Shown: positions 113,420 through 124,000 of the stretch, piece by piece
Layout: every line of letters starts with the position of its first letter
Numbering within the stretch: the stretch's first letter is position 1
NCBI GenBank assembly: GCA_951406725.2
Contig: OX597815.1
Location: 189,864,001 to 189,988,000, forward strand
Length of the DNA stretch: 124,000 nucleotides
Source of the DNA: Octopus vulgaris
Lineage: Eukaryota
Reading direction: 5' to 3'
Program-made: the position numbers and the translations under genes
The notes under the pieces: model-generated
Told to the model about the DNA's origin: nothing
Database searches by the model: none
The model's input: the letters and a program-made list of their open reading frames with translations, nothing else

Positions 113420-113469
<50 letters not shown>

Positions 113470-116330
113470 CTAAAGTGGTGAGCTGGCAGAATCATTAGCA
113501 CGCTGGGCAAAATGCTTAGTGGTGTTTCGTCTGTTGCTGTGTTCTGAGTTCAAATTCTGTCATGGTCGACTTTGCCTTTCATCCTTTTGGGGTTAATGAA
113601 TTTAGTAACAGTCGTGTACTGGGGTTGATCTAATTGACTGGCCCCCTCCCCCAAAATTTTGGGCCTTGTGCCTAGAGTAGAAAAGATTATTATTATTATT
113701 GCACATCTGAGCATGATCGTTGTTAGAGCCATGGATTGGCTCCCATGCCGGTGACTCATGAAAAGCACCATTCAAGTGAGATCGTTGCCAGTGCCACTGG
113801 ACTGGGTCCCGTGCAGGTAGCATGTAAAAACACCTTTTGAGCATGGTCGTTGCCAATGCCGCCAGACTGGCTCCTGTGCAGGTAGCATGTAATAACATCT
113901 TTTGAGCGTGGTCATTGCTAGAACTGCCTGACTGGCACGTAAAAGTACCCACTACACTCTCGGAGTGGTTGGCGCTAGAAAGGGCATCCCAGCTGTAGAA
114001 ACTTTGCCTGATCAGATTGAGCCTGGAGCAGCCCTCTGTTTCGCCAGTCCTCAGTCAAACCGTCCAACCCATGCTAGCATGGAAAGTGGACGTTAAATGA
114101 CGACGACGACGACAATGATGATGATGATGGTGATGATAATGAGTATTATTGACTGAATTAAGGGCAGAATCATTAACATGCTAGGCAAAATGCTGAGCAG
114201 CATATTGTTCATTTTTATGTTCTGAGTTCAAATTCCTTGCACCAAGGTGAACTTTGCCCTTCATTCTTTCAGAAGTACCAGCTGAAGTCTGCAGTTGATA
114301 TTATTGACCATCTCTTCCCTCAAAACCGCTGATCTATTGCCAAAGTTTAAAATCACAATTATTGGCTGAATCGGTAATGTACCAGACAAAATGCTTCGTA
114401 GCATTCTGTGTTCAAACACTGCTGAGGGCGACTTTGCCTTTAAATGCTTACCACATTGATCTTGAGTGTGCTCAGGCACTGCAAGAGTCAACGATGTGAA
114501 ACATTATCGTTGGCTTTCTTGTAATCTATCCAGTCAAAAGCTAGGTTCTTTCTTATACATGCCTCACTTGACATCATGCTATCACTATACAGCAGATCAG
114601 AAGTTCTTACAATTTCTTTCTGCATCTTTTTCCTCCTCTGCTAATTGCTTCTGCTTCTTCTTCAGAAAAAGCTATGCAATTCATTTCCTACGAGGCCTGT
114701 TAACAATTTTCAGAGTGTATTGGTAAGCATGTAAAAAGCCAATAATTACAGACTTTCCTTCTCTTTTTGTTGTCTTTCTCTATTTGTACCATCTCCCCTT
114801 TTGTTATCCATGTTGCCATTTCTGTTGCCATTTCTATACAGTCAGTAGGAAATGGTTGAATATAGCTGTGCATGCCTGAGAGATTTTTTTAGTCAGAATC
114901 CCAAAACACAATTTGGTCAGAGCTTTCCAGTTTGTTATTTTCTTTTGCATCTTTTCCAAATTTTCATCTTTAATATTGATATTCTCTCAAGATGGTGAGC
115001 TGGTGGAACTTTTAGCACATCAGGAAAAATACTTAGTAATATTTCACCCATCTTCGCATTCTGAGATCAAATTCTACCAAAGTCAACTTTACCTTTCATA
115101 CTTTCAGAGTCAATAAAAATAAGTACCAGTTAAACACTGGGGTCAATATATGTTTCTTTACTACCCACAAGGGGCTAAACACAGAGGGGACAAACAAGGA
115201 CAGACAAACGAATTAAGTCGATTACATGGACCCCAGTGCATAACTGGTACTTATTTAATCGACCCCGAAAGGACGAAAGGCAAAGTCGACCTCGGTGGAA
115301 TTTGAACTCGGAATGTAACGACAGACGAAATACGGCTACGCATTTTGCCCGGCGTGCTAACGGTTCTGCCAGGTCGCCAATCTATTTATCTGCTCCCCCG
115401 AAATCACAATTTTTGCTTTGTGACAAAATTTGAAATCCATTTTTATATTCTCTTGCTTTGGTCCATTTTCCATTCCATTTAAAAATTTCTGTAACCAATC
115501 AACTTCCCTATTATGTTGAACTTGTTTTGTTCCAAATGTCTGACCAAAAGTTCCTTGCTGCTTCAGTATTTGTCATATCAGTTCCTTGATATTCCTTCTC
115601 ATTGTTCAATTGCCAATAAAATTTCATTTCATTGTTTCTGAAGACTTTGATCTGCTGATATTGGTTTATTCCATGTCGGTTTCTTGTTGTCTTACCTAGT
115701 ATTGTATTAATTTTTCATCTTACTTCTTTGTTAGTTACCTGTAATAATCTGTTACCTGTAATAATCTGTTACCTGTAATAATCTGTTACCTGTAATAATC
115801 TGTTGCTAATTTATTTCCTTTGGAGCTCGTTTTTGTTTCATTCCTTTACCAACTTCTTTTCAATCATTGCATTTATCCTTCCCCCATTCAATTTGATCCT
115901 CAAGTCTCCATTTCCACCCATAGTTCTTTATTTTCTGCTTTTCCTTAACTTTTAACACCAAGAATTTTCACAGCAGCAGACACTTCATAGTACATAAAGT
116001 CATTTAGATCTGTCATACTTTCAAAATAGATTTTCATTAACAGCTCATCCAGCTTTCTTGCTACTTTGCATACATTTTCATTTAATTCCTCTCAAAGTTG
116101 GTGCTTTCTTTCTTTCACTCACCTGAATCTTATTTAGCTGTTGCAGTAAGCTCCTTTTCTTCTCAGTAAAATCCTTTCCTATCACAAAGAAAATTTAATT
116201 TTCATTTTCATTTCTCCCATGATTAATCGTTGGACTCTGCTATATTCTTTTGGTTTCTTCCTCTTCAACATAACCATGTTTTTCAAACTTTTTCTGTTTT
116301 GAAGATGTCACCCAGCTCCAACTGGGATAG
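111750..116330 (-). pseudogene. Fragmented R4/Dong-like LINE RT N-terminal region, interrupted by SINEs
   Basis: PKNYYQLITCLSIMYKTLISVL..ISKEQR (111803-111985); FWSDIW-like block near 115550. Confidence 0.5.
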
Positions 116331-116391
116331 CCACTGTCTTTTTACAGTTCAATGTTTTCTAGTCTAGAAGTCTCTGTTCTGTGAAAGAGAA

Positions 116392-116425
<34 letters not shown>

Positions 116426-117189
116426 GTTTAACGTCCGCTTTCCATGCCTGCATGGGTTGGATGATTTTGACTGAGGGCTGGTGAGCCAGATGGCCGCACC
116501 AGGCTCCAATCTTGATCTGGCAGAGTTTCTACAGCTGGATGCCCTTCCTAAAGCCAACCACTCCGAGAGTACCTTTCATTATCCATATTTTACACATCCT
116601 TTTTCTTTGGCAGACTCTCTTCTATAGCAACATTCCATCACAGTCTTATTGTCATTTTGCTATCATTTTCTCCTAATCTTCATAGCAGTAGATAAATTGA
116701 CCAGGCTCATCTTGTTGCCTAGTGGGACACTTACCATATGAGAGACCTTTAATGCAGTTGTGATAATACTTTTTGTATGGCATTACATTGTGGTTCAGTG
116801 GTTAGAGCATCGGGCTCGCAATCATGAGGTAGTGAGTTCGATTCCCAAACCAGGCTGTGTGTTGTGTTCTTGAGCAAGACACTTTATTTCATGTTGCTTC
116901 ACTTCACTCAGCTGTAGAAATGAGTTGCGGGGTCACCGGTGCCAAGCTGTATCGGCCCCTTTGCCTTTCCCTTGGATAACATCAGTGGCATGGAGAGGAG
117001 AGGCTGGTATGTAGGGGCGATTGCTGGTCTTCCATAAACAACCTTACCCAGAATTGTGCCTCAGAGGGTAACATTCCAAGTGCAGTCTCATGGTCATTCA
117101 TGACCGAAGGGGATTTTTACATTTATTGAGAAAACTGAAAACTGAGGCATTAAGGTGTCACAACTACAACTGTTGTGACAATTTATTGA

Positions 117190-117530
117190 GACACTTTCTG
117201 GTTCAGATGTTTTCAAGATGGCTGGAAAAAGGTCAATATTGACGAACGTTCTGGGAGACCCACAACCAGCAGAACTGAGAAAAATATCGCAGATTTGCGT
117301 GTAGCTGTGCGGGGAAATTGTTGAATCACCATCTGTGAGCTATCAGGGGATGTACAGATTAGTTACAGTTCAGTTCAGTCCATTATCACTGAAGATTTGG
117401 GTATGAGGTTTCTGTTTTTCAAGTTTGTGCTGAAGCTGCTTTCAACTGGCCAAAATGACACTTGGGTTTCCGCTGCACAAGATCTCTTTGATTGTATCGA
117501 GAACAATGTAAACTTTTTGAAAATTTTGCT
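117190..117530 (+). pseudogene. Mariner transposase HTH fragment
   Basis: WFRCFQDGWKKVNIDERSGRPTTSRTEKNIADLR..IITEDLGMR. Confidence 0.75.
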
Positions 117531-117964
117531 TAGGTCTCTGAGCTGGTATCACCAAGCTTTTGGCAAAATTTGATGCAGATTTTCTGCTCAACTTTTTTTG
117601 TCATGGTCAATGCAATGATCACATGCTACACACCTTCCTTCCAAGCACTACTGTAGACAGCGGAAGAGAGGAAGAATGTTAAAACTTAATGTGCTTGCAC
117701 AGCAGAAATCAAGGTCAATCTTTGCCAAGCAGCTTTACTCTGTGTGCTTTAGATATTTATTGATCAGATCACGTATCTTCTACGACACTGTCATGATTTC
117801 TCACCTCCTACCACAGTGATGGTAGAGAGGTAAATGAAACATGATGGAAGCGGTGAAGCAGAGCGAGAAAGATGAATGAAAGAAGGATGAATGGGGTTTC
117901 ATTCCGTAACCTGAGTTCCACTGATACTGATATAGTAGAGATGGTAGTGGGTTGGGTAGAGGGG

Positions 117965-117967
117965 TGA

Positions 117968-118006
<39 letters not shown>

Positions 118007-118190
118007 TAATAACATCAATAAATACCTTAGGAATGAGTACCCAGGTTTGAAATTTCCCCAAGACACCTGATGAAGGCTGGAGGGTATATCAGCTGAAACG
118101 CTGTGTTAACAACAAACAAGACGAGGACAAATGTCCGTCAAATGTAAATAATGTAAATAATGTAAATAATGTACATAATTCCTCATCCTT
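117965..118190 (+). mobile_element. SINE family E, 3' part with hammerhead (118062-118107)
   Basis: GACAC-CUGAUGA-AGGCUG..CAGCU-GAAACGCU|GUGUU. Confidence 0.75.
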
Positions 118191-120064
118191 GTCGTCATCA
118201 TCTTCATCACATTATCGTCATTGTCATTATCATTGTCACCATCATCATCTTCACTATCATCATTTTCCCTATCATCACCATCATCATCATCATCTACTAC
118301 TTCATCATCATCATCACTATCCTCAACATCATCATCGTCATCATATTCATCATTGTCATCATTCATCATCATCATCATCATTTAACGTCTGCTTTCCATG
118401 CTAGTATGGGTTGGACGGTTCAACTGGGGTCTGGGGAGCCCGAAGGCTGCACCAGGCCAGTCAGATCTGGCAGTGTTTCTACAGCTGGATGCCCTTCCTA
118501 ACGCCAACCACTTCGAGAGTGTAGTGGGTGATTTTATGTGCCACCGACACAGGTACCAGACGAGGCTGGCGAACGGCCACACTCGGATGGTGTTTTTATG
118601 TGCCGCCGACACAGGTGCCAGACGAAGCTGGCGAACGGCCACGCTCGGATGGTGTTTTTATGTGCCACCAACACAGGTGCCAGACAAGGCTAGCAGACGA
118701 CCACGCTCGGATGGTGTTTTTATGTGCCACCGACACAGGTGCCAGACGAGGCTGGCGAACGGCCACGCTCGGATGGTGTTTTTATGTGCCACCGACACAG
118801 GTGCCAGACAAGGCTAGCAGGGTGCCAGACAAGGCTAGCAGATCATTATTGTCATCATTATGGTCACCATCACCATCCCCATTATCATCGTCATAGCCAT
118901 CATCATCATCATCATATTCATCATTGTCTTCATCATTATCGTCACCCTCACCACCACCTTCATCACCATCTTCATCATCATTGTTGTCGTTGTCATCATT
119001 ATTGTCATCATCTTCATCATCAACGTCATCTTCATAGTCATCATCATCATAATTGTCATCATCATCATCATCATCATTAAAGATTATCTTAATACAGAAA
119101 TCACATTTGGATGTCTCCATCAGTTCCTCCTATTGGTATTTCCTTTATTCTGTTAAACCCAAATTCAAAACCCAAAAACTCTACTGGATATTCCCATCGT
119201 CATTAAACTCCCTTCTTTCACAGAAAACATTAGATTTTAAATAAACACATTAAAGCTGAACAAAATTTCAAAAAGAAAATTGATTTATTTTGAAATTTTT
119301 CTGAAAAGAATTTTATTTAATGACTTGTATTTCTGATGTATCGCTATAGCAACCATAAATCAGTCTTTATATAGCTTGTTTTAAATGCAATATGTACATT
119401 ATTTAAATCACACCAACTAATCAGATATTTATATTATAAATATCTGTTTTACTGAGCAGGTTTACATCAAAAATAGATAAAAGTCATTTTTATCATGAAC
119501 TTCACAAATGTATCATTTTAAATAATCAGTGAACAATATGATATATGCTTCTCACTCATACTCCCTCTCTCTCTCTCTCCTCTTTTAGAATTCTTCCTGA
119601 TGTGTCTTTAGAGATTTAACAATAACAAATATGGCATTCTATCTCTTGTAATAATAGTTTATTTGGAAATAATGAATAGTAGTGCAAAATTCAGCTATAA
119701 TAATTTATAGATGTGTAGAGAAGCATATATTTATATATATTGCGGCCTTTTATTAATCTTGGCACCAGGTGCCATAAAATATGAACTGAGAAGTTCAGTA
119801 TAAATTAAGCACAATTACTGCTTAATTTTGTACATGCAGTTGTTGATGTTTTTGTTGTTTAGCTCAGATCACCAGTGATTGAGAAGCGCTTTAACCAAAG
119901 ACATTCCAGCCATAGCCATCCCACTTTTTATTCAATCAGTGTATCTAAGATAACATTTTTTTAATGTGTCATTTATATTTTTAGAGACAGTCAGTTGTGA
120001 TTTGAAGGGGACATTTGGTAGATATTTCTAGCAGAATGAGTAACCACATAGAGGCTTCTTCCTA

Positions 120065-120074
<10 letters not shown>

Positions 120075-120098
<24 letters not shown>

Positions 120099-120428
120099 GA
120101 TTATTACTATTATTATTATTACTATTATTATTATTATTATTATTATTGAGTGAGAGAGCAGTGCATGCCATCAAAGTGACACTGGGGTAAAATATACGAA
120201 GCCCAGTATACCCATCATGACTACCTGTCTGATAAGGGTACACCAGGCACATGCATCACAACCATCGTTGTGCGCGACATGGTGATCTCATATACTTCCC
120301 CCACTACTTCCGCTCGTGATCAGAGATGCACATATTGTCAGCTACTAAGGGATATGCTCAACTGGTTAAGCTCAAACAACTGACAAGCAAATCTGTGGTA
120401 TTGAGCAGAATATTTGCTGTAGCCCATC

Positions 120429-120474
<46 letters not shown>

Positions 120475-120725
120475 ATTATTATTATTAAAACATTGAGCTG
120501 GTAGAATCATTAGCAGACTGGACAAGATGCTTAGCGGCATTTCATCCATCTTCACACTCTGAGTTCAAAATCTGCTGTGGTTGACTTTGCGTTTCATCCT
120601 TTCAGGGTTGATAAATTAAGTACCAGTGACACACTGCGGTCGATGTAATTGACTAGTCCCCTCCCACCAAGATTTCAGGCCTTGTGCCTATAGCAGCAAA
120701 AATTTTTCTTCTTCTTCTTCTTCTT

Positions 120726-120799
<74 letters not shown>

Positions 120800-120939
120800 C
120801 ATCATTATTATTATTATTGTTGTTGTTGTTGTTATTATTATCATTATCATTATTATCATCATCATCATCATCATCATCATCATCGTTGTTGTTGTTGTTG
120901 TTGTTGCTGTTGCTGTTGTTGTTGTTATCATCATCAATA

Positions 120940-120995
<56 letters not shown>
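120075..120995. repeat. (ATT)n/(CTT)n/(GTT)n/(CAT)n compound triplet tracts around SINE copies
   Basis: Direct reading. Confidence 0.9.
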
Positions 120996-120997
<2 letters not shown>

Positions 120998-122163
120998 AGT
121001 GGTGAGCTGGCAGAAACGTTAGCATGTCGGGCGAAATGCCTAGCAGTATTTCGTCTGCCACTACCTTCTGAGTTCAAATTCCGCCAAGGTCGACTTTGCC
121101 TTTCATCTTTTCGGGGTTGATAAATTAAGTACCAGTTACGCACTGGGGTCGATGTAATTGACTTAATCCGTTTGTCTGTCCTTGTTTGTTCTCTCTGTGT
121201 TTAGCCCCTTGTGGGTAGTAAAGAAATAGGTATTTCATCTGCCTTCCCATTCTGAGTTCAAATTCCACCGAGGTCAACTTTACCTTTCATCCTTTCGGGG
121301 GGCCAATAAATAAAGTACCAGTGACACACTGGGAGGGGGGGGGGGGTCAATATAATCGACTACTCCTCTCCCCCAAAATTTCAGGCCCTTGTCCCTTAGT
121401 AGAAAAGATTATTATTGTTGTTGTTATTGCTATTGTAGTTGCTGTTTTTAATGTCAATTAATATGGCGAGCTCTGAATAAGCTGACTTAGGAACTGAAAG
121501 AAATTAATCACCTTATCACTATTATTTAGTGTTCAACTATATACTCGTTAGATGAGGTTACATTTGTCATTACACAGCCAAGGTAAAATTTGACAGGTGC
121601 AAATAAACACTCCTGCAGTTTAATGCATATAAGATTATTACCAAAGATTTATTTTAATTCTGTTTGTCACAAATTAGACAGCAAATCGTGGGAATCCATT
121701 GTAATAACTAAGAAGCCCCTCAGCTGAAATCATCGTTATTCTGATGATTTGGATCATGTTATATATGTGTATTCTTCACATGTGATGAAAGGTTCTGGTG
121801 AATGTTGAGAAGGTGAAACATAATCAAGGCTTGCTAGTCTCGCTTCCTTGAAATATATGTAGTTATGCATGGATGGATGGATGGTTGAAGGCTGGGAGAT
121901 ATGGAGGATGCATGTATGTATGTATGTATGTATGTATGTATGTACATATAAATCTATGTGAGAAGGCACATGGCTTAGTGGTTAGGGTATTCAAACTCAT
122001 GATCTTGAGGTCATGAGTTCAACTACCAGCAGTGTGTTGTGTTTTTGAGTAAGACACTTTATTTCATAATACAGTTCTATATATTCAGAGATAAGGAATT
122101 ATGTACATTATTTATATTTGACAGATAATTGTCCTCATCTTGTTAACACAACGTTTCGGCTGA

Positions 122164-123365
122164 GGACATTACTCAGATCACTGACAGTGGCTCATGGGTG
122201 GATGTTGTCTACCTTGACTTTGCTAAGGCTTTCAACTCTGTGCCACACAAAAGGCTTATGGTGAAACTCTCTGCAATGGGTGTGGGGGATGACCTTTTTA
122301 ACTGGTTGAAATCCTTCATCCTCAGCCGAAAGGAGGTAGTCACAGTTCTAGGACAGCACTCTACACCATATGAGATGTCATCGGGTGTACCACAGGGATC
122401 TGTCCTTGGTCCCCTCCTGTTTGTGGCATACATTAATGACATCGATGCCAATTTAAAGAATGCCACAGTATTGAAATATGCAGACGACATCAAGCTGTAC
122501 CTTGAAATCAAGAGGACTGATCCTGATGTCTACAACTCTTTCCTGCAATCAGACCTAGACACAATGCAGCAATGGATCACAGACTGGCAACTGAAACTGG
122601 CTGTGGACAAGTGTACCACCATGCATTTTGGGAGAAAAAACCCTGCGTCCACATACTCCCTCCACAACACTGATATCAAGAAATCCTCTTGCGAGCGTGA
122701 CCTAGGCATCACTGTCAGCAGTGATTTGCGTTGGACAAAGCATATCTCTAAAATTGTCAAGAAGGCCGAGGGTGTCTTGGCATCACTCAGCAAGACTTTT
122801 GTTAGCTGCTCTCCAGCCATCTATTTAAAACTGTATACAACTATGGTACGACCACACTTGGAATTCGCATCATCAGTTTGGAATCCCTATCTTGCTCAGA
122901 ACATTGACCTCCTGGAATCTGTCCAGAGACGTGCAACCAAACGCATACCCTCCATCAGACACCTACCATATTCTGAGCGCCTTGTTTCCCTGGGCATGGA
123001 TTCACTGAAGCTCCGGCGTCTGGCAACGGACTTGGTAAACGCCCACAAGGTTATCAACCACCTCACCAACAACAACACTGAACACCTTTTTGATCTCCAT
123101 GTGTCTAACACACGTGGACATGCCTACAAAGTCAGAAAACAACACAGCTCCCATGACTTTCGGAAACATTTTTCACGCTCAGGGTTGCTGAAGCGTGGAA
123201 TAAACTGCCTGCGTCAGTTGTTGACTGCCATGACACTGCATCCTTTAAGGCCCTCATGCTTTCCGAAATCCGCCGAAACTACACCTGATTATATATACAC
123301 TTTAGATGAGTTGTAGTGCACCTGAGCACTGTACACAATTATTATGATTATTATTATTATTATTA
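122164..123365 (+). mobile_element. 5'-truncated CR1-clade LINE with (ATT)n tail
   Basis: See CDS; splits a family E SINE. Confidence 0.9.
122198..123316 (+). CDS. CR1 reverse transcriptase fragment (frame shifts near C-terminus)
   Basis: DVVYLDFAKAFNSVPH..SGVPQGSVLGPLLF..KYADDIKLY..RDLGI..RPHLEFASSVWNP. Confidence 0.9.
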   Translation: MDVVYLDFAKAFNSVPHKRLMVKLSAMGVGDDLFNWLKSFILSRKEVVTVLGQHSTPYEMSSGVPQGSVLGPLLFVAYINDIDANLKNATVLKYADDIKLYLEIKRTDPDVYNSFLQSDLDTMQQWITDWQLKLAVDKCTTMHFGRKNPASTYSLHNTDIKKSSCERDLGITVSSDLRWTKHISKIVKKAEGVLASLSKTFVSCSPAIYLKLYTTMVRPHLEFASSVWNPYLAQNIDLLESVQRRATKRIPSIRHLPYSERLVSLGMDSLKLRRLATDLVNAHKVINHLTNNNTEHLFDLHVSNTRGHAYKVRKQHSSHDFRKHFSRSGLLKRGINCLRQLLTAMTLHPLRPSCFPKSAETTPDYIYTLDEL

Positions 123366-123453
123366 TATACCCTCCAGCCTTCATCAGGTGTCTTGGGGAA
123401 ATTTCAAACCTGGGTTCCCATTCCTAAAGTATTTTTCAATGTTATTATTACCA

Positions 123454-123515
<62 letters not shown>

Positions 123516-123586
123516 ATCACTGCTTGGAATCGAGCTCAGAATCTTGGGGTTATTAGCCCACGTTCTTAACCACTTTGCCATATGCC
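123366..123586 (-). mobile_element. SINE family E, 5' part (3' part at 122090-122163)
   Basis: tRNA head, (AAT)n, first half of hammerhead. Confidence 0.8.
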
Positions 123587-124000
123587 TGTGGGCATAATAA
123601 TGGAAATAATGTACTTCATTTCATGTTGCTCCAGTCCACTCAGCTGTCAAAAAATGAGTTGTACCTGTAATTGAAAGAACCAGCTTTGTCACATTCTGTA
123701 TCAATGTGAATCCGGGTTCAGTCCCACTACATGGCATCTTGGGCAAGTGTCTTCTACTATAGCCTCAGGCCGACCAAAGCCTTGTGAGTGGATTTGGTAG
123801 ACAGAAACTGAAAGAAGCCGTCATAGTCAGGACGCCATGATCGATCGTTAGATCCTACACGCATTTTTTCTCTCCTTTTTTCTCTCCTTTTTTTCTCTCC
123901 TTGTTTCTCTCCTTGTTTCTTTCTGTGTATCTTTCTGTCGAAGAGGGTAGGCTCAAAATGTAAAAGACTTTTTCTATTTCTATTCCTGAGCGCTATACTA

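Overview
AT-rich eukaryotic (animal) DNA, almost entirely transposon remnants and microsatellites. The tRNA-headed SINE families, (GAT)n-tailed RTE LINE and giant (TA)n arrays look like an octopod cephalopod genome; this is inferred from repeat content and not verified. No host protein-coding gene, real tRNA/rRNA or CRISPR array can be supported. Recognisable coding remnants: a young 5'-truncated RTE LINE (39.0-42.4 kb, one premature stop), Penelope-like element (PLE) fragments (RT N-terminus 9-10.4 kb; GIY-YIG endonuclease 37.2-37.8 kb), a full-length dead mariner (91.2-92.5 kb) plus other mariner pieces, a CR1 RT (122.2-123.3 kb), a Helitron Rep fragment, and a three-level nest of mariner inside a Gypsy LTR element inside an R4/NeSL-type LINE (101.7-106 kb). 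Best candidate for an undescribed system: several non-coding PLE-derived families each carry a minimal hammerhead ribozyme, including U3:A8, U4C and A6U core variants. They sit in (TA)n tracts, form fold-back palindromes that sometimes duplicate flanking host DNA, and one family is a stable tRNA-head + hammerhead chimera (a ribozyme-bearing SINE). An 11-copy head-to-tail SINE array (230-bp unit) and a SINE with a ~225-bp flanking duplication also stand out. All calls are by eye; many boundaries are approximate.
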